Shown here in pieces: positions 39,001-52,700 of a DNA stretch of 64,000 nucleotides. Position 1 is the first letter of the stretch. Each line of letters starts with the position of its first letter. The DNA is from Geosiphon pyriformis uo1. Its lineage: Eukaryota > Fungi > Glomeromycota. The DNA is taken from NCBI GenBank assembly GCA_016748015.1, contig JAAOMT010000694.1:248001-312000 (forward strand). Direction: 5' to 3'. Below the pieces are notes generated by a model, which was not told where the DNA came from, ran no database searches, and was given only the letters and a program-made list of their open reading frames with translations. A program made the translations under genes and the position numbers.

Positions 39001-40724
39001 CCAATAAGGTTGCATACCAGTCCAGTCAATAACTTTTTGGCAGGTGTTATTAGAATTTTTATGGATTATAACATGTCTCTTGACAATTTTTCTGTTTCTG
39101 CATTCCACTTTTCTGGTAGAACATCAATATCTACAGTCTTAGGAGCTTTTTTGTTTTATAATGTTTTTTCTTCTCTCAAAAAGTTTGGGGTCATCTTTGC
39201 CAAGCAGTTATATATCAAAAAAGGTTTGATTTTCGATTGGAAACCTTTTGTCATTGGAAAAAACTTGATCTAAGGGGCTCTGTCTCTCTTTGGTTCACTT
39301 TGGTTTGTGACTTTTTGGTTCGACCTTCTATTTCTAATGATTTACATGTTGAAGATTTACAGGCCATGGATGTCTGCAGTTCAGGTGCAGTTTCCAGATT
39401 GGGCCAATGTCTCTCTTCTGTAAATCTGAGAGTTGTTAATGTTTACACTGATGGATCATTAAGAGATTTGGGTTCATGTGAAATGAAGTGTGGTACTGCT
39501 GCTTACTTCTCGGATTTGAATCAAAGTATTGGTGCTAAGGTTGGTAAATTGGTATCTTCAACTATGGTAGAACTGTAGGCAATTGCTTTGACTTTGGAGT
39601 GTATTCTCTCTGCCAGTTTAGTGGTGGTTTATTCAGACAGTTAGGCTGCCTTAGATGCATGTGTAGCTGAATTTGCTCTGGTGTCTCTGAATTTCTGCAA
39701 CTACTACTGGATAAAGCAATGTGGCATTATCAATTTAATTAGGAGAAAGTGGCTAGATGTTTCTTGGCATAAGGTAAAAGAACATTTGGGTATTGTAAAT
39801 AATAAGTGTGTTGATAAGTTAGCCAGTCTGGCTGCGAACTCTTCTTTGGCACTTTCTGTTTTGGTTATGGAGAGATTTATCAAGACTGGTAAAGTGGCAG
39901 TGTTTAGAAACATTTGTCATTTTGCCCACAAGATTTTCAGGTCTGTTAATTATGCTTGTTGGGAGGTTGGTCTTGGTTTCGATGTTATTGATGATAGTTT
40001 ACTTAGTGATGTGAACTGGTTTTGTATTGCTTCAGTATGGCACCCTGATTTTCATATGGCAACCAGCTTTACCAGTAAATTTATGGCTAGTTTGCACTCT
40101 TATTTTTTAAAGGCCTTCTACTGCTATCTTCCAGTTACTGTACAGAAGCATTTGTATAGTAAGATCTACCTGAGTGTCTCGTGTCTGCACTGTGGTGAAG
40201 TGGAAAGTTCTGACCACTCTTTTGTTTGTATGTTTGACTCTGATGTTCGTAAAAGTATTCTCAGATTTCATCTGGCCAAGTGGCATTGTGTTTCTGAATT
40301 GGGCTTGCATTTATCTCATGTCTCACAGATGCTCTCTCTGTGCACATCTGATGATGTGTTGTATACCACTGTGAGTAAAGATTTTGTGTTCAAAGATTGG
40401 GTTCAGAAAGCTTTGTTCATTCTGGGTGATGCCAAGATTGCAGAAAAGTTTATTGTTGATTTTGTTTATGAATTGAGTGCTGCTCACCACATGGATATTT
40501 GGTTGGTTAGAGCTAAATATAGGGCTTTGATAGAAAAAGACGGTTTAATTCCACTTGATGGTTCTGTGTATCCTGTGACTTGTGGTTTGTCATGTATGTT
40601 TTTTGCTGAAGTGATTAGGTTGCTTGGGATTGCTGAGACAGTTGGTGTCTGTTTTGGTTTTTATAAACATTGCTGCTTTTCTTCTGGCATAGATAGTATG
40701 GTCTCTGTTCTAATAGATTCATAG
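36052..40724 (+). pseudogene. LINE ORF2: APE endonuclease, RT, RNase H, C-terminal CCHC
   Basis: WKIAMCNIRG, TETKL, GGDFNE, KAAGLSGISNE, LQDMRKAY, FVDD (~38347), VYTDGS (~39441), CLHCGEVESSDHSFVC. Premature stops derive from TGG and CAG codons. Confidence 0.9.
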
Positions 40725-41559
40725 TGTTGTTTTGATTGGTCTGAATGGCTGGTCACGTGTAGAAAGTGCATGATTAGTGCCTAGTTTAGATCACTTAGTT
40801 TGATGTATTGTACTAGGTAGCTTTTGGGCCTTACTCGTTAAAAGTTAATAAAAAAAAAAAAATTAAAACAAAAAATAATAAAAAATTAACTTTTATTTTT
40901 TTGGTAATTAATAAATAATATATTAACAAATAACAAAAAAACATTATTAAAGTAATAAAAAAAATTCAATAAAATAAATTAATATATATAATTAGTTTTA
41001 AATTATAATTATAATTTTTTTGAAAAAAAATTCAAAAATAAAATTAATTTATAATTATTATTTTATGTTTTATTTAGTAAAATTAATAACAAATTTTATT
41101 TAATAATTATAAAAACAAGCAAGGAATTTTTTAAATTAATTTTAATAATATATCTTAAGAATATATATATATATATATATGTTAACAAATAAATAAATAT
41201 AAATAAAAAATATAAAAAAATTTACTTGCTTAATGTTTTTTTTAATTAAAAAAATATAATTTATATAATTATTAAAAAAAATTAACAATTAAAGAAAATC
41301 AATTTTAAAGAATAAATTAAATGAATAAAAATTTAATATATAAAATTAATCTCATAAAATATCTTAGTCAGTATTTTTTTTAAAAGATAGTTAGCGAATT
41401 TAAAAGTAAAGAGATGATTTGTACTGTCAAAAAATAATAATACATTGGTATAATTCTATGTTTTTTTTTAGTGCTCTTAAAATTTGATATCAAATATTAG
41501 ATATACTTTTTAGTCATGTTTTATTTAATAATCTTTAAATAATACAATTATTTAAGTTA

Positions 41560-41922
41560 AAAAAAAAGTAAGTAATAACCAACAAGTAATCTTTTATCCC
41601 AAAATATTTAGATACTTGAAGGTAGATAAAGAAAAATTAGCAATAGAAGAAGAATTAAGATAAAAGTTGTTATTTTATTTATTTAATTTTCTTGATTTTT
41701 TTATGTTTTTCTACAGTTAAGAGATTCATTACTTATATAACTATCAAAAATAGTCAATAACTAAATCAATAATTAAGTCAATAAATAAGTTAATAATCAG
41801 GTCAACAGTTAGATTATTAATTAAATCAATAATTACTATCTAAAAATAGAATGGTTAATTATATAACATTAATAGCTAATACATATAATAACTAATAAAA
41901 AATATGAATTTTAACTATAATA
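41560..41922 (-). repeat. Partial family-A LTR
   Basis: Reverse complement matches ~59-400; left boundary approximate. Confidence 0.8.
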
Positions 41923-41949
41923 ATATAACATAATAATTAATATATGTAA

Positions 41950-44130
41950 TAAATTTTTTTTATTTCTTATAAATAAAGCCTAATTATTATTTAATATAAT
42001 ATAATTATTTAGAATTTCAAATTAAATATAATTTATGTATTTGTTATATGTGACTAATTATTTAACTAATTAAAGCAATATTATGTAACTATATTAACTA
42101 AAACTTTTTTAATAGTACTAACAAAAAATAAGTGGCCAATATTTAAACCAAAACCAACAGCATAACTTTCTTTAATACTTAACAAATAAGTAATATTATT
42201 TAAAACTCTAATAGAAAAATTATAAACAATATTAATTATAGAACTATTTTTAATTAACAAACTCTTATAATCTATATTGGCCCAAAATCTTAAATTAGAA
42301 ATCTATATTTATTTTCTATGGCTTTTAACCAAACTTTGAATAAACTTAATTAATTTAAATATAACAAGATTAGCATCTCTGAAAAAAGTTTTAGCTTTTA
42401 TTAATTAATTCTTAAATACAAATCTTTTACACAAAACTATATATAAACTAATATTAAAAACACATAAAACCAAAAACTAAAAGACTATAGACAAAGTTAT
42501 ATTTGTTCTAATTAAAGATTTCCAAAGAAAAAAACATTTATTTAACAAATTTTATTGAACAAAAAAAAATAAACTGCAAACAAACTGTAATCTAAAAACT
42601 CTATTTTACTATAATGTACATACAAAATACTTAAATAGTTACAATTGTATAAACATTTTTTAATTACAACTAACAATTTTTTGTATAGAGTTTTTATCAA
42701 GTATATATACAAATTAACAGTAATTTTGCTTGTGTATTTAACAGTTATATGAAAATTAAGATACTAAACCAAAACAGTAAGTTTTTAATTAATATTAATA
42801 ATACATAAAAAATCTACAACATTAAGATCTGGTCTGATTTTTTATTGAAAATGTCTTATAAAATTATTTATTACTTTAATAAAATAATAAGTATTGTTAG
42901 ATACCACTTTATTATTAGCTATTAAAAATTTTTCTTAATATTTATTAAAAAAACAAGTTTTAAAGAAGTAATTCAACCAGTAAATCTATTAACACACTTG
43001 TTATTTAATACATTAGAATAACTTTTCATTTTAACTCAATTTACAAAAATGTTTTTACTTCTAACTAAATTATTAATTCAATAGTATTCAACTTAATATT
43101 TGTTGTAAAAATTAGATCTTACTAATTTAAGTTCAGTTTAACACACATTTAGAGAAGTCTAATGATCAGAAAAGATTATAACTTTGAAAGAAACCAGAAC
43201 ACACTCAAGAGCCAAAACAATAACCTGTACTTTAGTTAAAATCAAAAACATTATTCCTAAACTTCTACTTTTGTATACAAATCTATATTAGAAAAGTAAA
43301 CAATTACACTACCAATAGTATCAAAAAAGCCAAAACTTTAATATAATTATTAATATAAACTGAAATTACTAGCAAAGACACAATCTTTAAATTAAAATAA
43401 ATAGCATTAAAACTATTCATATTAGCCACACTTTTTTTAAAAGAATATCCAAAAGCTAATAAAAAACTTTGAACTAATTTTTTATATAATAATTAATTAA
43501 TTAATATAATATTTTTAGTTTTATATAATTTAATAAATAACTTAAATTATTATTCTTAGCAAAATCTAAAATTTGTGTAAATCAAAAGAAAACTAGACCT
43601 TTAGAATTCAACTGTTTTCACTAACAAAAATCTTTTCAAGTAAAGCATTTATTATAATTATTTAAAAATTGGTCTGCAAAAATAATGCCAAAATGCTTTA
43701 AAAATTTACAAATCCAAAAATATTTTATTTAATTTAGTATATTTAAAACAAAAATGCTGTGTTTAAAACAAAAAGCATTAAGCATACTATTAGTTATAAA
43801 TATATTATTGTGTAGAAATATTTTAGTAATACCAACCAAAAAGTTGTTTATTGAATTGATTTTTAGCTTAACAGAAAATTAAAGAGAGTTCTAAAGAACT
43901 CAACTCAAAATCTGCAAATTTAACAATTTATGTTTAAAAAACAGACCAAGAATACTTTTGGCATTAGCAAAATTCATTATTAATGCTATTTTCTTTTCTG
44001 TTTAAACTTGATCAAAAAGTCTTAAATTGTATAAAAATAGATAATATACTACTTTATTAAAAAAGTTTTTAAACAAACTGGCTTTAGATTTTAATCTTTT
44101 TTTAATTAAACAATCTTATTTATTATACAT
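41950..44130 (-). mobile_element. Heavily decayed LINE 3' portion, related to the 34-41 kb LINE
   Basis: Minus-strand relics (YLNFHITVKYTSK vs HPDFHMATSFTSK; LLSIKESYAVGFG vs LLGIAETVGVCFG) plus a matching 3' UTR and A tail. Confidence 0.75.
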
Positions 44131-47100
44131 TATTACAGATGATTATTTGAGATGTTGGAATAAATAACAAACCCATAACTTAGTGTTCAATAACTGAAAA
44201 TATTAGTAATTTCTAAAGGTTTTGGTTAAGTTTTTTGTATAATAAACAAAGATTCAATTGATAGTTTTTTCTGTGAATTTTTTTTTATTGTAATGGCTAA
44301 TTTATTCTGACAATTATGTTTTTTTGATAAGCTAATTTTAAGTTTTTTATCTTTGTTCCTGGGTTTTTTATTAAACTATTCTTAATGTCAAATACTTAGT
44401 ACTTAATTTTTTTAATCAATTATTAAACAACAAAAAGACAAAACAAAAAAAAAACAAAAAAAAACAAAAAAAGAAAAGAAAAAATTAATATCTCATTAAT
44501 AGTCATAATTAAAAGCTATTGTTTTAGTATGGTTAAGTATCAGAATTTATCAACATAAGTTATTAATAGTGAAAAAGTGATTAATATTCTTAATTAAGTG
44601 ATAATAACATGGATTAAATAATAATTAGATATTTTATTAGTATTGAAATAATTTTATTTTAAGTTATAAAAAACTATCTTTTGAAGAAAAAGTATAAAAA
44701 AAATAATTATTGCTAGTTATTATTCTGTTTAAGTCTGTCTTTTTTGCTTTTAACATTCTTATTATATATACATAATTTATGTTATATAAAATTTCTTGAA
44801 ATCTTTTAATTTCTTTGACAAAAATTCTGGAATTCTGTAATTCTCCAAAAAAATTTTGCAATTTCTTTTCTTATTATATCTATTTCTGATTGGCTATTTT
44901 ATCTACTATTATAATTCTTAATTTTTATAAGTAACATTATTTTTTCTTTTTAATATTAAGCTTTGTCAAGATCTTTTAAATCTTTTTTTTAGATTAACTC
45001 TATAACTTCTTTTTCGAAAATTGTTTTTGTAATTTTGGTTTGCAATTTGTTAAATTAGACATTAATTAATTTTTTCAGATAATTTTTTCTTGAACTGTTA
45101 AGTATTAATATAATATTAGAGTTGTTAATATTTTTGTGTATTTATCTTTTATTATATTTTTGGGTTAAAATGTTTTTAGATTTGGTTTATTTATGATAAG
45201 CTATCAGTATTTCTGTTTTTTTTTTTTTTATAATATATAGTATAATTAAATAGTGATAGTTTTATTTTTTATCTTATATGACAATCATCTTCAAATTTTT
45301 GTTTTTGGATTAATGTTAATTTCTTGTAATTAGTATATACATTGAACTTTTGATTTAAGTATTTCTTTTATTTAATAACAATCCAATAGATAGCTAAGTG
45401 TTTTAATGCTAAAGTTTTATAGTTTTTTTCAGTTGAACTTAAATTTTGGCTGGTGTATGCTATTAAATGTTTTTATCCATTGGCTTTTTTTTGTAACAAT
45501 ACAATTTTTAATGCTTAATTGGATGTATTGATAATAATAATAAATAATTTGTTATAATTTGAATAGATTAATACTAAAGCTTGAATAAACTTTCTTCTTA
45601 GTATGTCAAAAGCTTTTTGTTGAATTTTGGCTTAAAGCTAATAAAATAGTTGAGCCAGTTTGGAGAAATTTTGGATAAAGCAATAATAGTATCCAGCAAA
45701 TCCCAAAAATACTCTTAAATTTATAAGATTTATTGATATTGAAAAGTTCTTGACTATTTCAATCTTGTCTGGATTTGTTTTTATGCTGTCTTTGTTTACA
45801 ACATGTTTCAAAAACTTGAGTTTAGATTTTTCAAAGAAGTATTTAGTAACATTTAACTTTAGCTCAACTTTTTTTAATCTTTTAAACATTTGTTAAAGAT
45901 AGTAAAAATGATCATCAAATGTTTTAGAAAACATATTGATATTATTCAAGTAAACTATTACTAATTTCTATAGTAATTTTATGTAGACAATTTTTATTAG
46001 CTGTTGAAAAATGGCTAAAATATTGGTTAAACCAAATAATATAATGTTAAATTTGAAATTTTTTTTTTTGGTAGTAAATGTTGTTTTTTTTTTATTGGCT
46101 AAATTCATGGCTACTTGCCAATAATTACTATTTAAGTCTAATATTGAGAACTATTTCTTCTTTTTAAAAACATCAAATAGTTTTTGAATTTATAGAGTTG
46201 AGTAGCTATCTTTATAAATAACATTGTTGAATTTTTGGTAATTTATACAAAAGTAGATTTTTTCATTTTTTTTTAAACAAGTACTACTGGTAATAACTAT
46301 AGACTTATTGATAATTGTATTAATTATTGTTTAACATTCAGTTGATTTCTTGTTAAATGATTTTATAGTTAACAAGTAGTACTTTGTATGTTTTTTGTTT
46401 GATTGACATTATATTTTCAGTTTTAATTTGATATTGAATAATATTAGTTCTGCCAAATTTATTTTTATTGGCAAAGATATCAATAAAATTATTAAGTAGT
46501 ATTTTGAATTACATATATTAAAATAGGTTTAAATTTCCCAAGTTTATTTGCTCTAACTGTTTTAATTGTAGTAAATAATACTCTTCTCATTTATAAATGG
46601 TTTGTAATATAATATCCACATATCTACACAGTTGTAGAAAGTTTGAAATGATAGTTGGTGATTGGTTTTTAACTTCAGTGCTTAAGTATTTAATAGTGGT
46701 TTCACTTGGTATTTTTATAAAGTTTTTGGTTGTATTATGTATTGAGATCTTAATGTGTTTGTGGTTTTTGGCTGGTTAGAGATTGGTAATATCAATTTCT
46801 TTTAACTCACAAATTTTTAATTCTGCTTCAAAAATTTGGGATTGATTCTTTTATAATTAACATATATTGGTCATATAATAGAATAAAAATAAATTGATTG
46901 GTAAAAATAATTTTTTTCTTATCAATTGTTTTTTTTTTACCATATTGATTAGCACTTTTACTTTACTTATAGATCCAAATCTATTAATTTTTTTTGTTAT
47001 GATCTCTAATTTTTCTCTTATTTTTATTAATATTAACTAAGTAATTTTAATTAGAAACAGGAATATTGTCTGTACTATTTTTTTATTTAGTTCAATTGTG

Positions 47101-49737
47101 TATCCTTTTTTTAAGTTATTTTGTAGTATTGCAATAATATTTCCTATATATTCTGCATTAATTATTTCTTCTCTAATATTAATTCTTTTTTTATTAAACT
47201 AGATTTAGAAACTAATTAAACCATTGTTATTGCTAAAATTTCTAGTATTATTTTCAAATCTATACTAGTGCACAAATAAAATTCTAATTAGATGGCAGTT
47301 TTTTCTGGATATCTAAGATTAAATCTTGTATTGGTATTATGCATATGTTTTGACATAATACTTTTATTATTATTACTGAACTATTTGAGTTTTTGTTCTT
47401 TTGAAAGATTTAAGAACATAATATATTGTTCAAAATTTTCATTAGGATTTGAATTATTATTGTTGTTATTACTATTGTAAATAAAATTAGAATTATTGTT
47501 GTTATTATTATTGAAGTTTAAATTGTAATTGAATTTTGATTCCAATTCTAATGCACATTTACTAATTGGTTCTTTTTTTTCAGGAATTGAATAGATTATA
47601 TATAGTGGTGGATTGTAAATAAAATCACAATTGTTACAATATTCAAAGTTATTGAAAATTAATCAATGTTTACAAAGTCTAGTATTTAATTGTTTTAACT
47701 ATTGTTCTTGCTTTTTTTAAGTGGGTGTTAGATCTTGGTAGTGTTCATAAAATTGTTTTGGATTATTCAAGATGTCAATAAATATATTTAAATTGGAAAT
47801 AAGAATAGTTTTGACAGGTTTTGGTGGGTTGTTTTTGATGATAAGTATTTCACTAAGTAAAACATTTTTGACTTTAACACTCGCTATTTGCCAGATTTTG
47901 TTTTTGTCATGTAGATAATAATTCAAACATGACAGAATTTTGTTTTATGCAGTATTAAAAAGCATTTTTTGGCTTACTTAGTCACTTATAAGAATTGTAT
48001 ATTAACATAATATATTACATGTTCTTTTATAACCAAAAATATTATTTTACATTCTTTTATTAAGTAATATTTTTCCACAAGTAAAACATGATTTGTTGTT
48101 CTACTTTCTCTGTTATTTTGAATAACCAAAGCATTTTTTGTAATACAGTTTGCAATAATAGTAAATACGTATTCAATAGTCCTCTTTTGACAAAATCTAA
48201 GCTTCTATAAAAAAAAGCTTCTTTTTATAATCAATGTATCTAAGAGAAATATAAAGTGGTTTTTTTTGATTCTACTAAGTATAGAACATGCTAACTGTTG
48301 GCTGTTTCTTTAGTAGTAGTGGTATTTTGGAAGTTATCTTTTTCTTTTTTTTTTTGTCATTCCAAAAGAGTATTAGTGGCAGTTTGTTGCATTTGTTTTT
48401 AGCTTATAAGACTTAATAAACTTTTCAAGTAAGTAGATTTATTTCTTTCACAAATTTTATTAGTGGTTGGAATAGAGTTGTTTTAAAATAACTGTAAGTA
48501 ACTACTATCTGAGTTTGCTGACCATCTTAACTGAACTATAACTTTTATATAGTTTAATCAAACATGGTATTAGTCTTAGATAGCCAGTTGTTATTAATAA
48601 AAGCTTAGTATTATGTAACTTTAATAATTAAAACTTTAATTGGCATAATAATACCATTAACTTTAAAAAAAAAGTTATTGATTTTGTCAATAAAAGTTTT
48701 TGTCATTCCATTAGCTATAATGATTCTAGCACTGATAGTTTAATTAACTTGGTGACCTAATTAGTTTATAAATTGTCATGTAATAATATTGTCTGTTAAT
48801 TCACTATTAAGAATTAATTTGATAGATTGGCCATTAACTTTGACATCAGTATATATGGTGGTAATTAGTTTGGTGTTAAGAATAACTCTATTGAATAACG
48901 AGGTTTTTGATTGGTCTTTTAACTCAAATAGAAAAATAGCAACTAGTGATTTGTTTTTTATAACAGTTGCTAATAAGATGTTATTAGTAAGTAATTGGTA
49001 ATTGGTTTTCAGGTTATTGAGTAAGTTGTTATTAATTACAGCCAAAAGACTTAAATAGTTTTAAAAATTTGGGTTTTGGGTGTATTTACTTTTTGAATTT
49101 TTTGAATGTAATCTTAATGTTTAATTTGAGGAACTAAAAATCAGTTAGTGCATAACTATTGTCGATTTTTAGTTCTGTTATATATAAATAATTTTCAGTC
49201 TTTGGCTTTCAGTTAGTATTAACACAGTATTTTGAAGTAGTGCTTGAATTGGTTGAAATTAATAAATGATTTGTGACTATGGCTGATATATTACTAATGT
49301 TAAAGTTTAATATATTGGAAATAAGTATATTAATTATTGTATTATTGGTGTGTAATAAGACTAATATTAATATTGTTCTTAATTTGGAGTGTAATTTAAA
49401 GTTTGAAACCTGTAATTAAGATTTTTATATTGGTTTTCTGATTATTGGTTATTAAATTTGAAGTGGCAATCTGCTTTTATATGGCCTTATTTATTACAAT
49501 AGTAACAATTACACATTTTTTGTTATCACAATTAATTGGTTGATGATGATAATAAATGTAATTGATTTTAGAAATAATTGGAGTTTTCTGGATTATTATA
49601 ATATTGAAGAGGTTGATAAATTGCTTAATTATTAACTAAGTATTCTTCAATTTTTGAATTGATAGCTTTGTCAAATCACTTCAATTTGGTATTTAATTCA
49701 GATAATCTGTTTATTACTAGATTTATAGCTTGAATGT
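44131..49737 (-). mobile_element. Gypsy family B copy B2: gag end, PR, Cys-rich region, dUTPase, RT, RH, PPT, 3' LTR (44131-44936)
   Basis: Inverted homology to ~52050-54788. RT YLNN relic at ~45945 and FLGFAGYY at ~45690. RH ends NTDSLS at ~45200. The LTR is homologous to 49738-50611. Confidence 0.87.
46960..47400 (-). pseudogene. dUTPase domain in B2 pol
   Basis: Reverse complement is colinear with 54412-54788 and continues to the FGS motif-5 relic. Confidence 0.8.
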
Positions 49738-52700
49738 TGTTACTTATAAAAATTTAAGAATAATAAAGTAGCCAATTAGAAATAAGTATAATAAAAGAAA
49801 AATTTCAGGATTTTTCTCAAAGAATTGCAGAATTCCAGAAATTTCAGAATTTTTTTTAAAAAATTACAAGATTTCAAGAATTCCAGAATTTTTGGCTAAA
49901 AAAATTAAAAAAATTCAAGGAATTTTATATAACAGTAATTATGTATATATAGTAAAAATATTAGAAGCAGAAAAAACAGAATTTAGAATTAATACCAATC
50001 ATCCATTAATTATTCAATATCTTTCTCTTCAAAATGTAGTTTTCTATAACTTGAAGTGAAATAAAATCACATATCAATAAAATATCAATTATTATCTGAA
50101 TTCATATTATTATCACTTAATTAAGAAATATTAATTATTTTTAGTTTATCAATGCCCATATTAATAAAATCTAATATTTAACTACACTAAACCAATAGCT
50201 TTTAATTATGGCTATTGGCAAAATACTAATTTTTTATTTTTTTTATTTTTTTTATTTTTATTTTATTGTTTACTAATTAATTAAAAAAGATTAAATACTG
50301 AATTATTAATGTTAAGAATAGTTTAATAAAAGATCTGTACAACAAAAATAAAAAACTTATAAAATTAAGAATAGCTTATCAGAAAGGCAAGACTGTCAAA
50401 AGAACTGGCCACCATGTTGAGAAAAAAATTTACAGAAAAAACTTCCAGAACAGGTACTGAAACAGTAAGTAAATTTCTGTTTATTATATAAAGAACTTAA
50501 CTAAAATCTTCAGACTTTAAAACCTTTAGATATTATTAACATTATTAAACTATTGAGCACCAAGTTATGAGTTTGTTATTTGTTTTAGCATTCAAATAAT
50601 TACTTGTAACATTTGGTGCTTTCTGTAAAATATAATTCAACAGAGAACTAACACTAATATTAACTATTTGAAAAAATAGCAAACCAAAAAATTATAAAAA
50701 AAAATTATTTAGAATTCATAAAATTCTTATTTTAACATTATTAAAGTTACTTGGAATTAACAAATAATAATTGGCCAGCAGAATCAGCTTTCAATTATTA
50801 TGTTAATAAAAAAATTAAATTCTACTTGGAAAACCAAAGAGATCCAAAAACTGTCTTTAACAATTTTTATAATAAATTATTCCAAAACACCACACTTTTA
50901 CTAAACTATTTGTTTGTACTAATAATTACAGAAATAAACAGAAAAATCAAAAATTACACTTAACAGAGATTTTCTATTACTTTTGCAGACAAAAGAAAAT
51001 TACAAACATCAGCAAAAACACCAGAGAAAATACAACTGTCTAATTGAAAAAAACCAAAAGTCATTTTACCTATTCATTTATCATATTATCATATACCAGA
51101 AAGTACTATATATATATTATCAGGATCTCATTACTATTAACTACAAAAACACTATTATTTAGAGTACTATTCCAAAACAATTAAAAGAAAATCAAATTAT
51201 TAAGAATATATAATGATTATTTTGAAAGATTTAGATCATAATCAACAATACCATTAAGACTTTGATCATTACTATCTTAACCAAATTTCGAATCTATCAG
51301 TCATTGAAAAAATACCAATTCAAAAGAAAAAAAAATAGTGATTAAGAAAATAATAACCAAAATATAATATCAAATAACCTAGAAATACAAATTCTGATTA
51401 TTCAAACTCCATAAAATCTAAACAATCCAAACTCTGCTTCTATTATTCAGCAAAACTTACCTTCAATAATAGTAATTAAACCACCAATTGCACTAATTGC
51501 TCTATTATAACAACAACTACAATAACAACAAATAGCATTAATAGTATATATATCTATTATTAAACTCGAGAAATTCACCAACAAAGAGAACAATACCTAA
51601 ACATAATTAAATAATATCACTAAGACAATTACAGCCAATAACTAAAACAATATTAGAGTTCTTTAAGTTATTTTTTATTTTTTATAAAATACTATCAACT
51701 TATAATATTAGAATTTTGTCAACAAGCCACAAATCTTTAATATGTTTAAAACTGTGTTTCTACAATATTTCAGTAATTACAACAATATTAATAAGTTATT
51801 AACTAGTTTTACCACTCTTAAACAAAGAGAAACTAAAGCAGTTACTACTTATTTGAAACACTTTTACAAAAATTTGTGCCAAATACAGATAATACAAGCT
51901 AACTACTTTACTAAAGCACAAATCTTAAACCAGTTTATTCATAAATTAGATAGTAGCTTGTTATAATAAATATGTCCAATGCACCCAAATACTTTTCAAA
52001 ATACAGTAATCCATGTTAGAAATTTTGAATTGGCCAAACTTGAAGCCAACTATGTCTAAGCCATTAATCTAGTAATGAATGGATTATCTAAATTAAATAC
52101 CAAATTGAAACAATTTGGCAAAGTCATCAATCAGAAAATTAAAAGATATTTAGTTAACAATTAAACAATCTATTAATCTTTACAATGTTGCAACAATTCA
52201 GAAAACTCTAATCATTTCCAGAATTAATTGTATCTATTATTATTATCAATTAATTAATCATGATAGTAAAAAACACATATTTGTCACTATTGTAATAAAC
52301 AAAGATATTTAAAAATAGACTGCTAATTAAGATTAAATAACCAATAATTAGAAAATCAATATTAAAACTTTAATTGCTGGTTCAAACTCCAAATTATACT
52401 CCAAATCAGGAATCATATCAATCTTATTACATCTTAATAATATAATAATTAATATACTTATCTCCAATATATCAAACTCTAATACCAATCATCTATTAGT
52501 TACAGTCATAAATAATCTATTAGCCATAATCACAAATTATATATTAACCACTACCAATTTAAGCACTGTCACAAAATTTAGGTCAAATATCAATTAGCAA
52601 CCAAAGACTAAGAATTACTCACATGTAACAAAACTGAAAATTGGCAATAATAATACATCAACTGATTCTCAATTTATTAAATCAGCCATTAGAATTATGC

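Larger units (their letters stand above)
34124..40860 (+). mobile_element. Full-length, inactivated LINE (L1-like layout with RNase H)
   Basis: ORF1 + ORF2 with a poly(A) tail at ~40848-40860. The 15-bp TSD AATTAAAACAAAAAA lies at 34105-34119 and 40861-40875. Confidence 0.92.
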
